Source: Planctomycetaceae bacterium
GTDB taxonomy: Bacteria; Planctomycetota; Phycisphaerae; Phycisphaerales; SM1A02
Assembly (NCBI GenBank): GCA_947474065.1
Contig: CANJHD010000007.1
Span: 2,365-66,364 of the forward strand
Direction: 5' to 3'
DNA: 64,000 nt
Of the stretch, positions 28,670 to 37,203 are shown in pieces. The notes beneath the pieces are model-generated. The model saw only the letters and a list, made by a program, of their open reading frames with translations, was not told where the DNA came from and did no database searches. The translations under genes were made by a program, and so were the position numbers. Within the stretch, counting starts at the first letter, position 1, and each line of letters opens with the position of its first letter.

Positions 28670-30498
28670 TGCGAAGCGCGGTCATCCGGCTGGTCCGCAA
28701 GCCGAAGCAGCGCCATGATTGCCGTGACTGCCGGTGAATCAAGTAACTGCGACCGTCCCTCGTCGCTCGCCGCCACGCCGGCGCGTCGAAGTTCGGCAAC
28801 GCACGCGGTAATTTCGGTATTCGATCGAACCAGAACGGCAATCGTTGCATCGGGGCGCCGCGCATGTCGGTCTGCAACGATCGCCGCAACCGTCGCCGCA
28901 ACTGCATCAGCTCCCGATCCGGACGCGCGGAATGCGCGCACGAACCCCGGCAAGTCCTGCACGCGAGGCGCCGCGATATGTTCGACGAACGTCCAACCAT
29001 CAAGCGCACGTAATAACGGGCTATGGTCGACACCAACTGGCTCAGCCAGCCCAGCATCCGTAAAGATGCGCCCCGTTCCCTTCGTGCCGGCGTCGAGCCC
29101 CGTGCCGCTCACTAAGCCAGAAATATCACTGAACACATCGTTGACGAAATCAAGAATCACCGGGCTTGATCGAAAGCTAGTGTTGAGCGGCGCGTCTGCC
29201 TCAAGACCCTGGCGTGACCCAACCTGCGCCAACAATGCTGGCGTCCCACCACGCCAAGCGTAAATCGACTGCTTTGGGTCACCAACCACCAAGAATCGAC
29301 GGCCACCGGTGGCCATGATTTCATCGATAAGCGGAACAAGCGCCGTCCACTGCGCGGGCGAAGTGTCCTGGAATTCATCGAGAGCAAGGTCGTGGATCGC
29401 ACGATCAAGACGCTCGCGCATTGCTTCCGTTCCTTCGCCACCGAGACAATGAGCACGAGCAACCAGCGTGGTGATGTCCTGAAATCCGTAAGCACCTTCC
29501 GAGCGGCGCATACGAACCAGCACCTTATCCACACTGCCCACCAGTTCTTCTGTTGCCCGCAGACGTGCACGAATCAAATCTTGCACTTCCGCACAAGCGT
29601 GACACACCAGCGCATCAAGGCCGCGCGCAAATGCTGGCGCCGCCGGCGCACCGTTGAACACCCCTTTATCGCGCAAGCCACTCACAACCGAATCCTTGAG
29701 CAAATCAAACCAGTGACCGTCCTCAGCCAACCGAATGACACGAGGAATCGCTTTCACCCAATTCTTCACTGGAGTGCCCGACTTCGTCTCTGGAACCGGC
29801 GCATTGCGCATTGCGTCTATCGCTTCAGCGCGAGCCGTCGCACTCGAGCGCCGCGCCTTTGGGAACAACTTCAAACTGTCGTCGGCTAGCACCAACCACG
29901 GCTTGCGAGGGTCAGGCCCCAGTGTGCATCGGTCCCAAATGGCAAACGCACCACCAAGTGCGTCATCAATTCCAGCCTGAATTTCTACTTTCGGTTGTCC
30001 GTCGGCCATTTGCCGAGCAAGATCAACCGCTCGAACCGGATCGGATGCAATGACTTCACCAATCGCATCCATGCGCATGGCTTGCTGTTCATCGTCTTCG
30101 GCAATTCGCCACCCTTCCGGCAGACCAAGTTCTGGAGCAAACGCGCCAGCCATTTGCATGAAAAAACCGTCGATCGTCGAGATCGACATCCTGTGCAGAG
30201 CATCGACCACTTCGCGAAGCACAGCCGCGTATTCCTCATGCGTCGCAGGGCCAACCTGCGACTCGTCAGAAAAATTCGCCAGTTCATCAGCATCAAAGCT
30301 TCCCAATGCCAGATGCCGAAGCACGCGTTCCAGAATTTCGCCAGCCGCCTTCCGCGTGAATGTCACCGCCAAAATTCGATCAGGCGAGGCGCTCTTTGTT
30401 GCGCGTCGTTCCTCAATCATCCATCGAATGAGACGATTGGCAAGCAAGTACGTCTTGCCGCTACCAGCGTTTGCAATGACAACGGAGCGAGTAATCAT
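28462..30498 (-). CDS. addA: AddA-like UvrD-family helicase, N-terminal fragment
   Basis: Walker A ANAGSGKTY, VTFTRKAA, DEFQDTS and VGDPKQSIYAWRG motifs. The last roughly 50 aa are Cys/Arg-rich and look out of frame. There is a 4-nt overlap with the addB stop. Confidence 0.8.
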   Translation of the reverse strand: MITRSVVIANAGSGKTYLLANRLIRWMIEERRATKSASPDRILAVTFTRKAAGEILERVLRHLALGSFDADELANFSDESQVGPATHEEYAAVLREVVDALHRMSISTIDGFFMQMAGAFAPELGLPEGWRIAEDDEQQAMRMDAIGEVIASDPVRAVDLARQMADGQPKVEIQAGIDDALGGAFAIWDRCTLGPDPRKPWLVLADDSLKLFPKARRSSATARAEAIDAMRNAPVPETKSGTPVKNWVKAIPRVIRLAEDGHWFDLLKDSVVSGLRDKGVFNGAPAAPAFARGLDALVCHACAEVQDLIRARLRATEELVGSVDKVLVRMRRSEGAYGFQDITTLVARAHCLGGEGTEAMRERLDRAIHDLALDEFQDTSPAQWTALVPLIDEIMATGGRRFLVVGDPKQSIYAWRGGTPALLAQVGSRQGLEADAPLNTSFRSSPVILDFVNDVFSDISGLVSGTGLDAGTKGTGRIFTDAGLAEPVGVDHSPLLRALDGWTFVEHIAAPRVQDLPGFVRAFRASGSGADAVAATVAAIVADRHARRPDATIAVLVRSNTEITACVAELRRAGVAASDEGRSQLLDSPAVTAIMALLRLADQPDDRASHWIVSREPVASILGFAAMETFGGALRNAVRRTVSRRMCVALCTRMDCLTGLIGRLNDFGQCVQRVICSV

Positions 30499-33323
30499 GA
30501 CATCACCTCCCCGCGCAATCCACGCATACCAACTCCGTACACGGGTGCTAGTGGATCATCCGCACCAGGTTCATAGTCTGGATCACGGATGAATTGGCCC
30601 GCTGCAACTTCCGCCGCGATGCGTTCCGCCTCCGCCTCTGCTTCGCCAAGGAATGCGTCATTCCAATCAGACGCCAGCAACACCGCGGTATCCGCCGGAT
30701 TGGATGGCAACGCAAAGTATCCAAGATTCGTAGCAGGAACGGTGATTCCCACGGAACGAAGCAAGACGGCGTACAGCGGCAACTGCAAATCCACCCAGCG
30801 CCCCTGCGGCTTGCGATGTTCCGTTTCCGGGTCATTCGGCTTCAACGAAGTCTTGTAGTCGAGCGCGGCATATCCACGCTCTGGGTGCACATCAACGCGA
30901 TCAATCCGACCTTGTAAATACAGCCCCGATTTGCCAATGACCGGCGCCGCTCGACCATGTTCGTCGCGTGGTCGCATCGCAAATGAAAGTTCAGAATGGA
31001 CAACCTGCCACCCATCGGCGGCCCAAGCTGCCTGCACCCGCGCAAACGCCGACAACCGCTCCCGCGCGAGAGCAAACTGCACCACATACGCCCCGCGAAT
31101 TGACTCTGGATAATCGCGATTTCGAATTCCATCAAGCGCCGCATGAACGCGCTGCTCAATTGCAGTGACGTCAAGCGTCGCTGGCTCGCCGGCGATCGTG
31201 CGCTGCTCCTCATCACGACCCCACGCCTGCAGTGCGGCATGCACGAGATTCCCAAATCCGAGCGCATCAAGTTCCACCGTGCCCTCGTCCGCCCCATCCA
31301 GAAGCAACCGCGGATCGCGTTTCAGGCGGAACAGCGCCGGACATTTCAGATAGTCGCGAAACGCCGTGACACTGATCGACTTTATTTCACTCGCCCCAGC
31401 GGGAACTAAATTCACTGAAAATTGCCCATCGGTTGCAGCAACTGTGGCCCAGCGCGCCGCCGATGAACGCGGCGACTTCGGATCACCAATCCATGCCATA
31501 CGACGAGCAAGCGCCTCACCATGAAGGCCAAGCAGCAACCGCGATGGCTGCAGCGGATCGCCGGCCATCTGTGTCCGTCCAGTCACGAGCCGGATAAACC
31601 GCTTACGCGAAAGGAGCGCGTGCAATATCCACGCGTCGCGCGCCTGCCGCCTCATGGCGCAGGGCATTCCAAGGCGCGATCGCACGGAATCCGGGAGCCA
31701 CGGATCAATCTCCATACCTCCTGGAACAATTCCATCATTCATCCCGGTCAACACCATGTCGGGTGCGTCATCGATGCCCGCATCGAGCCATTGCATCAAC
31801 TCCACTCCATCGTCGGTTCCGTCGGTTGCGAGAATCGCAGCAGACATTGCTTGGCGAAGAAGCACGAGGATTTGGGCAGGGTCAAGACAGTCCGTAAAGC
31901 GGGTCGGCACCGCGAGCAGCTCTTCGGCTGCTGCGTGAAATGCCCTCGCAGATTCACGACCTGCCAGTGATGCATCACTCGACACCGCAGTAAGAACATG
32001 ACGAAGCGCAGCGATCGCTTGCAAGACTGACTTTGATTTCCGAAGCGGCGACAACAACGTATCGATGTGCTCAAGCACCTCAGCGACACGGTCATTTGCT
32101 CCGCTCCCTGATTCAATGCGCTCCGGCAACGTGTCCGCACCGCTTGATGATGCAAATTCGGAAACATTCGCTACTGGACGCGCACAGCCATGCCGAACAA
32201 GCCAAGATTCCACTTCAGGATGACGCGCCAACACTCCGAGTGTTGCACACGAGCGCATACCAAGATGATCCGCTATTGCAGAGAGCAACATGCCAAGTGG
32301 TCCATCAGCTGCCGTGCGCGAAGGCAATGCATTGACCGCAACACCGCACGCCGGCAACAGTGACGCAACCTGCGCCGCCACGCCATCATCGGGAACAGCA
32401 ATCGCTATGTCACAACTCCGCCGAGGAGCAGCCATCGCGACAATCGCGTCGAGCACTGCCGCCGCCTGATCTGCCGGCGTATCGGCAAGCATGATGATGT
32501 CCTGCGGAACCACAACAGCGGCTCGCGCCCACGCCACGTGCTCTGGAAATCCATCCCCATCAAGAGGCGCCGGCAATTCCGACTCCGTGCCATGCACTAA
32601 CACAGAAACAGCAATGCCACACGCCGCAAGTGCACCGAGTAGCTCCCGTTGAATCCGTTCCGGATCAGCAAGGAGCACATAGATGCGCCCGACTCCGCCC
32701 ACGTGCAACACCCCCGCTTTGCACGCCGCACGTGTTGCACTCGCCTCATCAATCGATTGCTCGCGCTCAAGCGCATTCCGCCAAACTTTCTCAAGAGCAA
32801 GCAGTGCTTCCCAGCGACCAAGATCCAACTCCGGCATAGTGGCACGCAGTTCCGCGGCCACGCTGACGAAATCAGAACAGGCACTCGTCACATCGCGATG
32901 CAATGCGGCTATTCGCACCGCTAACGCATCAATGCTCGCTGGTTCAAGTGGCTCGCCAGGAATGGCATCGATTCCACCAGGCTCCAACGCTGTGATCACG
33001 CGCGCTTCGGCGCTGATGATCGCGTTTCGCCATGCCAACTGAACACCAAGCGCGCCAAGCACAGTTGCCGAAGGAACCACAAACCTTGACGCTAGTCCCG
33101 CTGGCGTCACAACCCGCGGCGATACAAACGCGTTCCCAGCCTCCGCTGCAAGTGTGATGAGATGCCGCTCAAATGCGCGAATCGCCCGGGACGCAGGCAC
33201 CATCACCAGCGCATCGGACAAGTCCACTATTCCATCGCGTGCCGCAGTTGATGACCACACGTGCTCTGCGAGTGCACGCGTCAGCGACGGACCATCCGGA
33301 AGGCGAGTCGTAGTGAATTTCAT
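30495..33323 (-). CDS. addB: AddB-like PD-(D/E)xK nuclease subunit
   Basis: 942 aa, immediately upstream of and coupled to addA. The C-terminal nuclease motif is GRIDRVDV....AALDYKTS. No Walker A is seen, as in inactive-helicase AddB proteins. Confidence 0.75.
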   Translation of the reverse strand: MKFTTTRLPDGPSLTRALAEHVWSSTAARDGIVDLSDALVMVPASRAIRAFERHLITLAAEAGNAFVSPRVVTPAGLASRFVVPSATVLGALGVQLAWRNAIISAEARVITALEPGGIDAIPGEPLEPASIDALAVRIAALHRDVTSACSDFVSVAAELRATMPELDLGRWEALLALEKVWRNALEREQSIDEASATRAACKAGVLHVGGVGRIYVLLADPERIQRELLGALAACGIAVSVLVHGTESELPAPLDGDGFPEHVAWARAAVVVPQDIIMLADTPADQAAAVLDAIVAMAAPRRSCDIAIAVPDDGVAAQVASLLPACGVAVNALPSRTAADGPLGMLLSAIADHLGMRSCATLGVLARHPEVESWLVRHGCARPVANVSEFASSSGADTLPERIESGSGANDRVAEVLEHIDTLLSPLRKSKSVLQAIAALRHVLTAVSSDASLAGRESARAFHAAAEELLAVPTRFTDCLDPAQILVLLRQAMSAAILATDGTDDGVELMQWLDAGIDDAPDMVLTGMNDGIVPGGMEIDPWLPDSVRSRLGMPCAMRRQARDAWILHALLSRKRFIRLVTGRTQMAGDPLQPSRLLLGLHGEALARRMAWIGDPKSPRSSAARWATVAATDGQFSVNLVPAGASEIKSISVTAFRDYLKCPALFRLKRDPRLLLDGADEGTVELDALGFGNLVHAALQAWGRDEEQRTIAGEPATLDVTAIEQRVHAALDGIRNRDYPESIRGAYVVQFALARERLSAFARVQAAWAADGWQVVHSELSFAMRPRDEHGRAAPVIGKSGLYLQGRIDRVDVHPERGYAALDYKTSLKPNDPETEHRKPQGRWVDLQLPLYAVLLRSVGITVPATNLGYFALPSNPADTAVLLASDWNDAFLGEAEAEAERIAAEVAAGQFIRDPDYEPGADDPLAPVYGVGMRGLRGEVMS

Positions 33324-33386
33324 GTGCGCGCATCATCGCAGGCAGAGGTGAAGTAAGTACTACAGCCACCCGGCTTACCCAAATTT

Positions 33387-34526
33387 TTAGGCATTTCCGA
33401 CTGCTTGATCGCGTTCGGCTGGCACATCTTGCGTTGCGCGCCGGACCAAATCTTCGAGCACGCGCATTTGTGCGTCGCGGATTCGCTCGTCGCCCGCACA
33501 CACATTTACGTGTGCCAACTTTCGTCCCGGCCGCGGCGACTTTCCGTAATCATGAAGGCGCGCGCCGGGCACCGAAAGAATGTCTTCACGATCCGGCATG
33601 ATGCTGATGATGTTCACCATTCCGCTTACCCCGCGCGCATCTGTTGATCCAAGCGGCTCGTCAGTCACCGCGCGCACATGATTCTCAAATTGGCTTGTCA
33701 CTGCGCCATCAATAGTCCAGTGACCAGAGTTGTGCACGCGAGGCGCCATCTCATTAGCGACAAGCCCATCAGTCGTTACAAAGAATTCAATAGTCAACAC
33801 ACCAACATGACCAAGCGCGTCCATTGCCGCGCGCACCGCGTGCTCCGCAGCAATTCGCACTGCATCATTCACTGCAGGTGCAGGCGAAATGGTTCGCCAC
33901 AAAATTCCCGCACGATGCTCGTTCTGATTGATCGCCCAAATTCGAACATCGCCATCGCGTGAGCGCACAGCGATGACACTTATCTCAGCGGTAAAGTCAA
34001 CAAACGCTTCGTAGATTGCTGGCGCGCCGTGCACTGCAGCCCATGCTGCGGTAAGGTCGTGCGGCGAACGCACCACGCACTGTCCCTTACCGTCGTAACC
34101 CAAACGTCGCGATTTCAGAACTGCCGGAAATCCGATACGCCCACACGCAGCTGCCAATTCCGCTTCCGTGTTCACCGCCTCAAACGGCTGAACACGAATA
34201 CCGCAAGAACGAAAGAACTCCTTCTCAGAAATTCGATCCTGAGCAGTTTCCAAACTGCGCGCACTGGGTGCCGTTGGCACACGTTCCGCAATCGCACTCA
34301 TGGTGGCGACCGGGACATTTTCAAATTCAAAGGTTGCGACATCAATGCCCGCAACAAAGCGCGCAACGGCAGAATGATCGTCATATGCACCAACGATCAC
34401 TTCGCCGACAGCGGATGCGGGGCACAACGGATCCGGATCGAGAAATCGAAATGAATGCCCCAGCGGAATACCAGCGAGCGCCAGCATTCGCCCAAGCTGG
34501 CCACCGCCAACAACGCCCACCACCAT
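33387..34526 (-). CDS. purK: N5-carboxyaminoimidazole ribonucleotide synthase
   Basis: VGVVGGGQLGRM N-terminus, an ATP-grasp core (VLKSRRLGYDGKGQ) and a C-terminal KLAHV pattern. It shares 1 nt with the purE stop (TAATG). Confidence 0.9.
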   Translation of the reverse strand: MVVGVVGGGQLGRMLALAGIPLGHSFRFLDPDPLCPASAVGEVIVGAYDDHSAVARFVAGIDVATFEFENVPVATMSAIAERVPTAPSARSLETAQDRISEKEFFRSCGIRVQPFEAVNTEAELAAACGRIGFPAVLKSRRLGYDGKGQCVVRSPHDLTAAWAAVHGAPAIYEAFVDFTAEISVIAVRSRDGDVRIWAINQNEHRAGILWRTISPAPAVNDAVRIAAEHAVRAAMDALGHVGVLTIEFFVTTDGLVANEMAPRVHNSGHWTIDGAVTSQFENHVRAVTDEPLGSTDARGVSGMVNIISIMPDREDILSVPGARLHDYGKSPRPGRKLAHVNVCAGDERIRDAQMRVLEDLVRRATQDVPAERDQAVGNA

Positions 34527-35071
34527 TAGCTGTGCCCGCCCGGCATCAAGCCGATACGCGGATCTGGTTGCACCATCACCTTGGCCGTCTGTGCCGTACG
34601 GAACGAGTCAAGGCGTGCTCGCACCTGCTCATCGCTTGCCGCGATGAGCGATGCTGCAAACAGCGCGGCGTTCGTCGCTCCCGCTTGACCGATGGCGAAT
34701 GTTGCCACGGGAACACCAGCTGGCATCTGCACGATGGAAAGCAGACTGTCCAGCCCGTTCAGCGTCTTTGTAGACACCGGCACGCCGAGTACCGGCACCG
34801 GCGTCTTACTTGCACACATACCGGGCAGATGCGCCGCCCCGCCAGCACCAGCGATGATCGCCCGCAGACCGCGCGCACGCGCTGCTTCCGCGTATTCAAA
34901 GAGTTGATCGGGAGTTCGATGTGCACTTACCACGCGACATTCGTGCGCAACGCCCATCTCGGTGAGCATCCGTGCGGCATGCTGCATGGTGTCCCAATCC
35001 GACTGGGAGCCCATGATCACCCCAACGAGCGGGGTTCCGGGGGGCGAAATCACGTCTCCGACTGGATTCAT
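34526..35071 (-). CDS. purE: N5-carboxyaminoimidazole ribonucleotide mutase
   Basis: [17 protein letters not shown] and [10 protein letters not shown] signatures. Confidence 0.95.
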   Translation of the reverse strand: MNPVGDVISPPGTPLVGVIMGSQSDWDTMQHAARMLTEMGVAHECRVVSAHRTPDQLFEYAEAARARGLRAIIAGAGGAAHLPGMCASKTPVPVLGVPVSTKTLNGLDSLLSIVQMPAGVPVATFAIGQAGATNAALFAASLIAASDEQVRARLDSFRTAQTAKVMVQPDPRIGLMPGGHS

Positions 35072-35368
35072 AGTCCGAATAGTACGACCCAGAATGCCGG
35101 TCCGAGGGCGACAAGAGCGGTCTCAACACCGGCTATTTCATGAATATCCCGCGATTAAAGGCGATAATCACACGATTAATTCTGTTCTAGGCATACATTT
35201 GCAAAGTGGTCTTATAACATATTGAGTATTATCACTATTGCACCAACTCAAGTGTGTTTCCTTGTGAATTGTCAATGTGGTGGCATATTGATTCAGACAT
35301 TGTGCATGTTGGTGCGACCTTATCGCTCACCCGTGCCGTATCTATGAAAAGGTGACAATCCGGAATTC

Positions 35369-35608
35369 CGCGGCCCTTACCCTTGGCCGCGACTCGACCA
35401 CGCCTCGAGGCGCACGGGCGGACATGTGTCCCGTGCGCCGAAACCTCGGGGCGGAGTGCTGGAGCGGTTCAGACCGCTCTTTGCTCAGAGTTCAGAAAAG
35501 GGTGGGCGTCGGCTTCGGACACTGACGCCCAACCGTTGCGGTTTCCGCAACGGCGAATCTCGGGGATGCGGCCTCAGGCGTGGGAGCCGCGTCCCCGAGT
35601 TCATTTTT
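35369..35608 (+). ncRNA. candidate unannotated structured small RNA (family unknown)
   Basis: There are five consecutive local hairpins. They are 35410-35438 (9 bp), 35462-35479 (6 bp), 35504-35530 (7 bp), 35533-35553 (9 bp, UUU loop) and 35559-35599 (14 bp) followed by a T-tract. No plus-strand gene lies upstream for 8 kb. The 5' end is not defined. Confidence 0.3.
35559..35608 (+). terminator. strong plus-strand intrinsic terminator with no annotated gene upstream
   Basis: Stem ctcggggatgcggc / gccgcgtccccgag (14 bp including one G-U), a 13-nt loop, then ttcattttt. Confidence 0.65.
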
Positions 35609-35622
35609 AAGATCCTGTCTCC

Positions 35623-35665
35623 AAAAACGACGAACGCGGCACTCACACTTCGGAGAGCACCGCGT
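35623..35665 (-). terminator. probable terminator of the xer recombinase gene
   Basis: Hairpin 35634-35665 (11 bp including two G-U pairs). A TTTTT run follows on the minus strand (35623-35627) but lies 6 nt from the stem. Confidence 0.4.
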
Positions 35666-35703
35666 CACGTGCGACAAATAGTAATTTTAATAAGCCTGAA
35701 CTA

Positions 35704-36696
35704 TCAGCTTGCTTCAGCGCGTGGATGCGCCTTGTCGTACCCATCACGCATACGACCACTGGTCAAGTGCGTGTAGACCTGCGTGGAACTCAACGACTGA
35801 TGACCCAGGAGCTCCTGGACAGCGCGCAAGTCCGCGCCGTTGTCCAAGAGATGCGTGGCGAAACTGTGACGAATCGTGTGCGGCGAGATATCGGGATCAA
35901 GATTCGCCTCTACCAAGTACTTGGCAACCTTGCGGCGCACCGAACGGCTTGAGAGTCTCCCGCCATTCTTGTTCACGAAGAGTGATTCGTCTGGATTCAT
36001 GCGCTTTCCGCGGCTCTGCAGATCGGCATCGACCATCGCCAAGTAATGACGCAAAGCCTTGAGAGCGTGACTTCCCAGCGGTACGCGGCGCTCGCGTCGC
36101 CCCTTACCACGGATGATGATTTCTTCACCGGTGTCGTTCAGATCGCCGCGGTTGATTGCCACAACCTCCGACACTCGGATGCCCGTGGAATACAAGGTCT
36201 CGAGAATCGCGCGATCACGCGCTCCCAAGATATCGGTGTCATCCGGTGCAGACAGTAACCGCTCAATCTGCTCAACCGAGATGGCCTTCGGAAGTCGCTT
36301 GGCCTGTTTCGGAGTACGAATCAGGACCATTGGATTTGTTGGAGCGAGCCCCTTGCGTTCCATCCACTTATGGAAACTGCGCAGTGTGGCGATCTTGCGA
36401 GCCATCGTGGCTGCTGAATACTTCTGCTCGCCAAGCTTGGAAAGGAACTCGCGGATCAACTCCACTTCACACTTCAGCACCCGACCAGTAATGGTGTCGG
36501 GCGAGGTGCTCTTGGAGTCGAGCGCCTTGCGCTCCTTCTCAAGGTCCACTTTCATCCCGGTCTTCGTCTCAATGAAGTCGACGAACTGACGAAGATCGAG
36601 CCCGTAGCAACGCCCCGTGTAAGGGCTGAAGTGCCTCTCGTCAGTGAGGTAACTCAGGAAGTTCTGGATAAGTGCTAGCGTTGTTATGTCGTTCAT
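35704..36696 (-). CDS. site-specific tyrosine recombinase, XerC/XerD type
   Basis: N-terminal SAM-like domain (F..YL..ER.FSPYT...Y..DL..F). Catalytic domain with ARDRAILETLYSTGIRVSE, HTIRHSFATHLL..GADLR.VQELLGH and the terminal tyrosine in STQVYTH. Confidence 0.85.
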   Translation of the reverse strand: MNDITTLALIQNFLSYLTDERHFSPYTGRCYGLDLRQFVDFIETKTGMKVDLEKERKALDSKSTSPDTITGRVLKCEVELIREFLSKLGEQKYSAATMARKIATLRSFHKWMERKGLAPTNPMVLIRTPKQAKRLPKAISVEQIERLLSAPDDTDILGARDRAILETLYSTGIRVSEVVAINRGDLNDTGEEIIIRGKGRRERRVPLGSHALKALRHYLAMVDADLQSRGKRMNPDESLFVNKNGGRLSSRSVRRKVAKYLVEANLDPDISPHTIRHSFATHLLDNGADLRAVQELLGHQSLSSTQVYTHLTSGRMRDGYDKAHPRAEAS

Positions 36697-37009
36697 GGCC
36701 CTTCGCCTCCATAATCGCGCGGTTCGTTGCGCGGTGCTGTGTTCGGTCAGTTCGGAATCTGTTGTCCACTCTTCTTATCGGAGACACGCCGCCTCAATCT
36801 GAAGCCAACCCGTCCCAAAGACACCGAAATTCAGACGTTCCTCGAATTGAATGTGCGATTCCGGAAACCTGAAGTCCAATTGTGTTACGCAGACCTTGCC
36901 CAACTAGATGTCGAAATATCGATTCAGGCAAAAATGGCCGATTTAAGCGGTGCTGCTAATTGGTTATTGGACATAAATCAACCCGACATCGGTCTTGCCC
37001 GAACTTTCC

Positions 37010-37015
37010 TATAAT
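37010..37015 (+). promoter_or_regulatory. candidate -10 element (TATAAT) for tRNA-Lys
   Basis: Perfect TATAAT 35 nt upstream of the tRNA 5' end, within cctataatcg. No convincing -35 element lies at 17-nt spacing. Confidence 0.3.
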
Positions 37016-37050
37016 CGCTCCCCCTCCCCTTCCACCAATTTCACCACCAT

Positions 37051-37123
37051 GGTTGCGTAGCTCAGTTGGTAGAGCAAGCGGCTTTTAACCGCTAGGTCCT
37101 GGGTTCGAATCCCAGCGCAATCA
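37051..37123 (+). tRNA. tRNA-Lys (anticodon UUU)
   Basis: Folded by hand. Acceptor GGTTGCG/CGCAATC (one G-U), D arm GCTC-AGTTGGTA-GAGC, anticodon arm AGCGG-CTTTTAA-CCGCT, variable loop AGGTC, T arm CTGGG-TTCGAAT-CCCAG and discriminator A. CCA is not encoded. Confidence 0.95.
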
Positions 37124-37203
37124 CTGCACTTCTCTATCACCGTTACCCCACGCCACACGCTCACGCCTTGCGCCCCGCCACCTATGGGCCGATCGGAACA
37201 CGG

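Noticed and set aside
35072-35140. A possible ZTP/purine riboswitch in the purE leader, with GGGTCGTA on the minus strand.
   Set aside because: The motif lies only about 12 nt from the purE start codon. No second sub-domain (CCGGGCGGA...CCGCCTGGGC) is present, and there is no room for an expression platform.
35212-35239. A dif-like Xer recombination site (ttataacatat-tgagta-ttatcactatt) sits inside the AT-rich island, about 470 nt from the xer recombinase gene.
   Set aside because: On the reverse strand, one arm matches the conserved XerD arm TTATGTTAAAT at 8/11. The other arm matches the XerC arm at only 5/11, and the inner inverted repeat is imperfect. The local gene-strand polarity is the opposite of what a terminus would show. 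In AT-rich sequence a match this weak is expected by chance.
35141-35400. A chromosomal replication origin (oriC) in the AT-rich island.
   Set aside because: The best DnaA-box-like 9-mers (ataatcaca, ttatcacta, tgtgaattg) match TTATCCACA at only 6/9. There is no dnaA or dnaN nearby. The gene-strand switch is suggestive but modest. This is kept only as an alternative in the AT-island finding.
35369-35608. Assignment of the structured segment to tmRNA, RNase P RNA, SRP RNA or 6S RNA.
   Set aside because: There is no tRNA-like 3' end (T-arm plus ACCA), no GGAAAGTCCGG RNase P core and no GGAAGCAGCC SRP helix-8 motif. The structure is a row of local hairpins rather than one long 6S-type helix.
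35704-37123. A tyrosine recombinase next to tRNA-Lys could mark the edge of an integrated genomic island.
   Set aside because: The recombinase has full XerC/XerD-type N- and C-terminal motifs. It lies on the 5' side of the tRNA rather than downstream of its 3' end. I found no repeat of the tRNA 3' end, and the flanking genes (purEK, addAB) are housekeeping.
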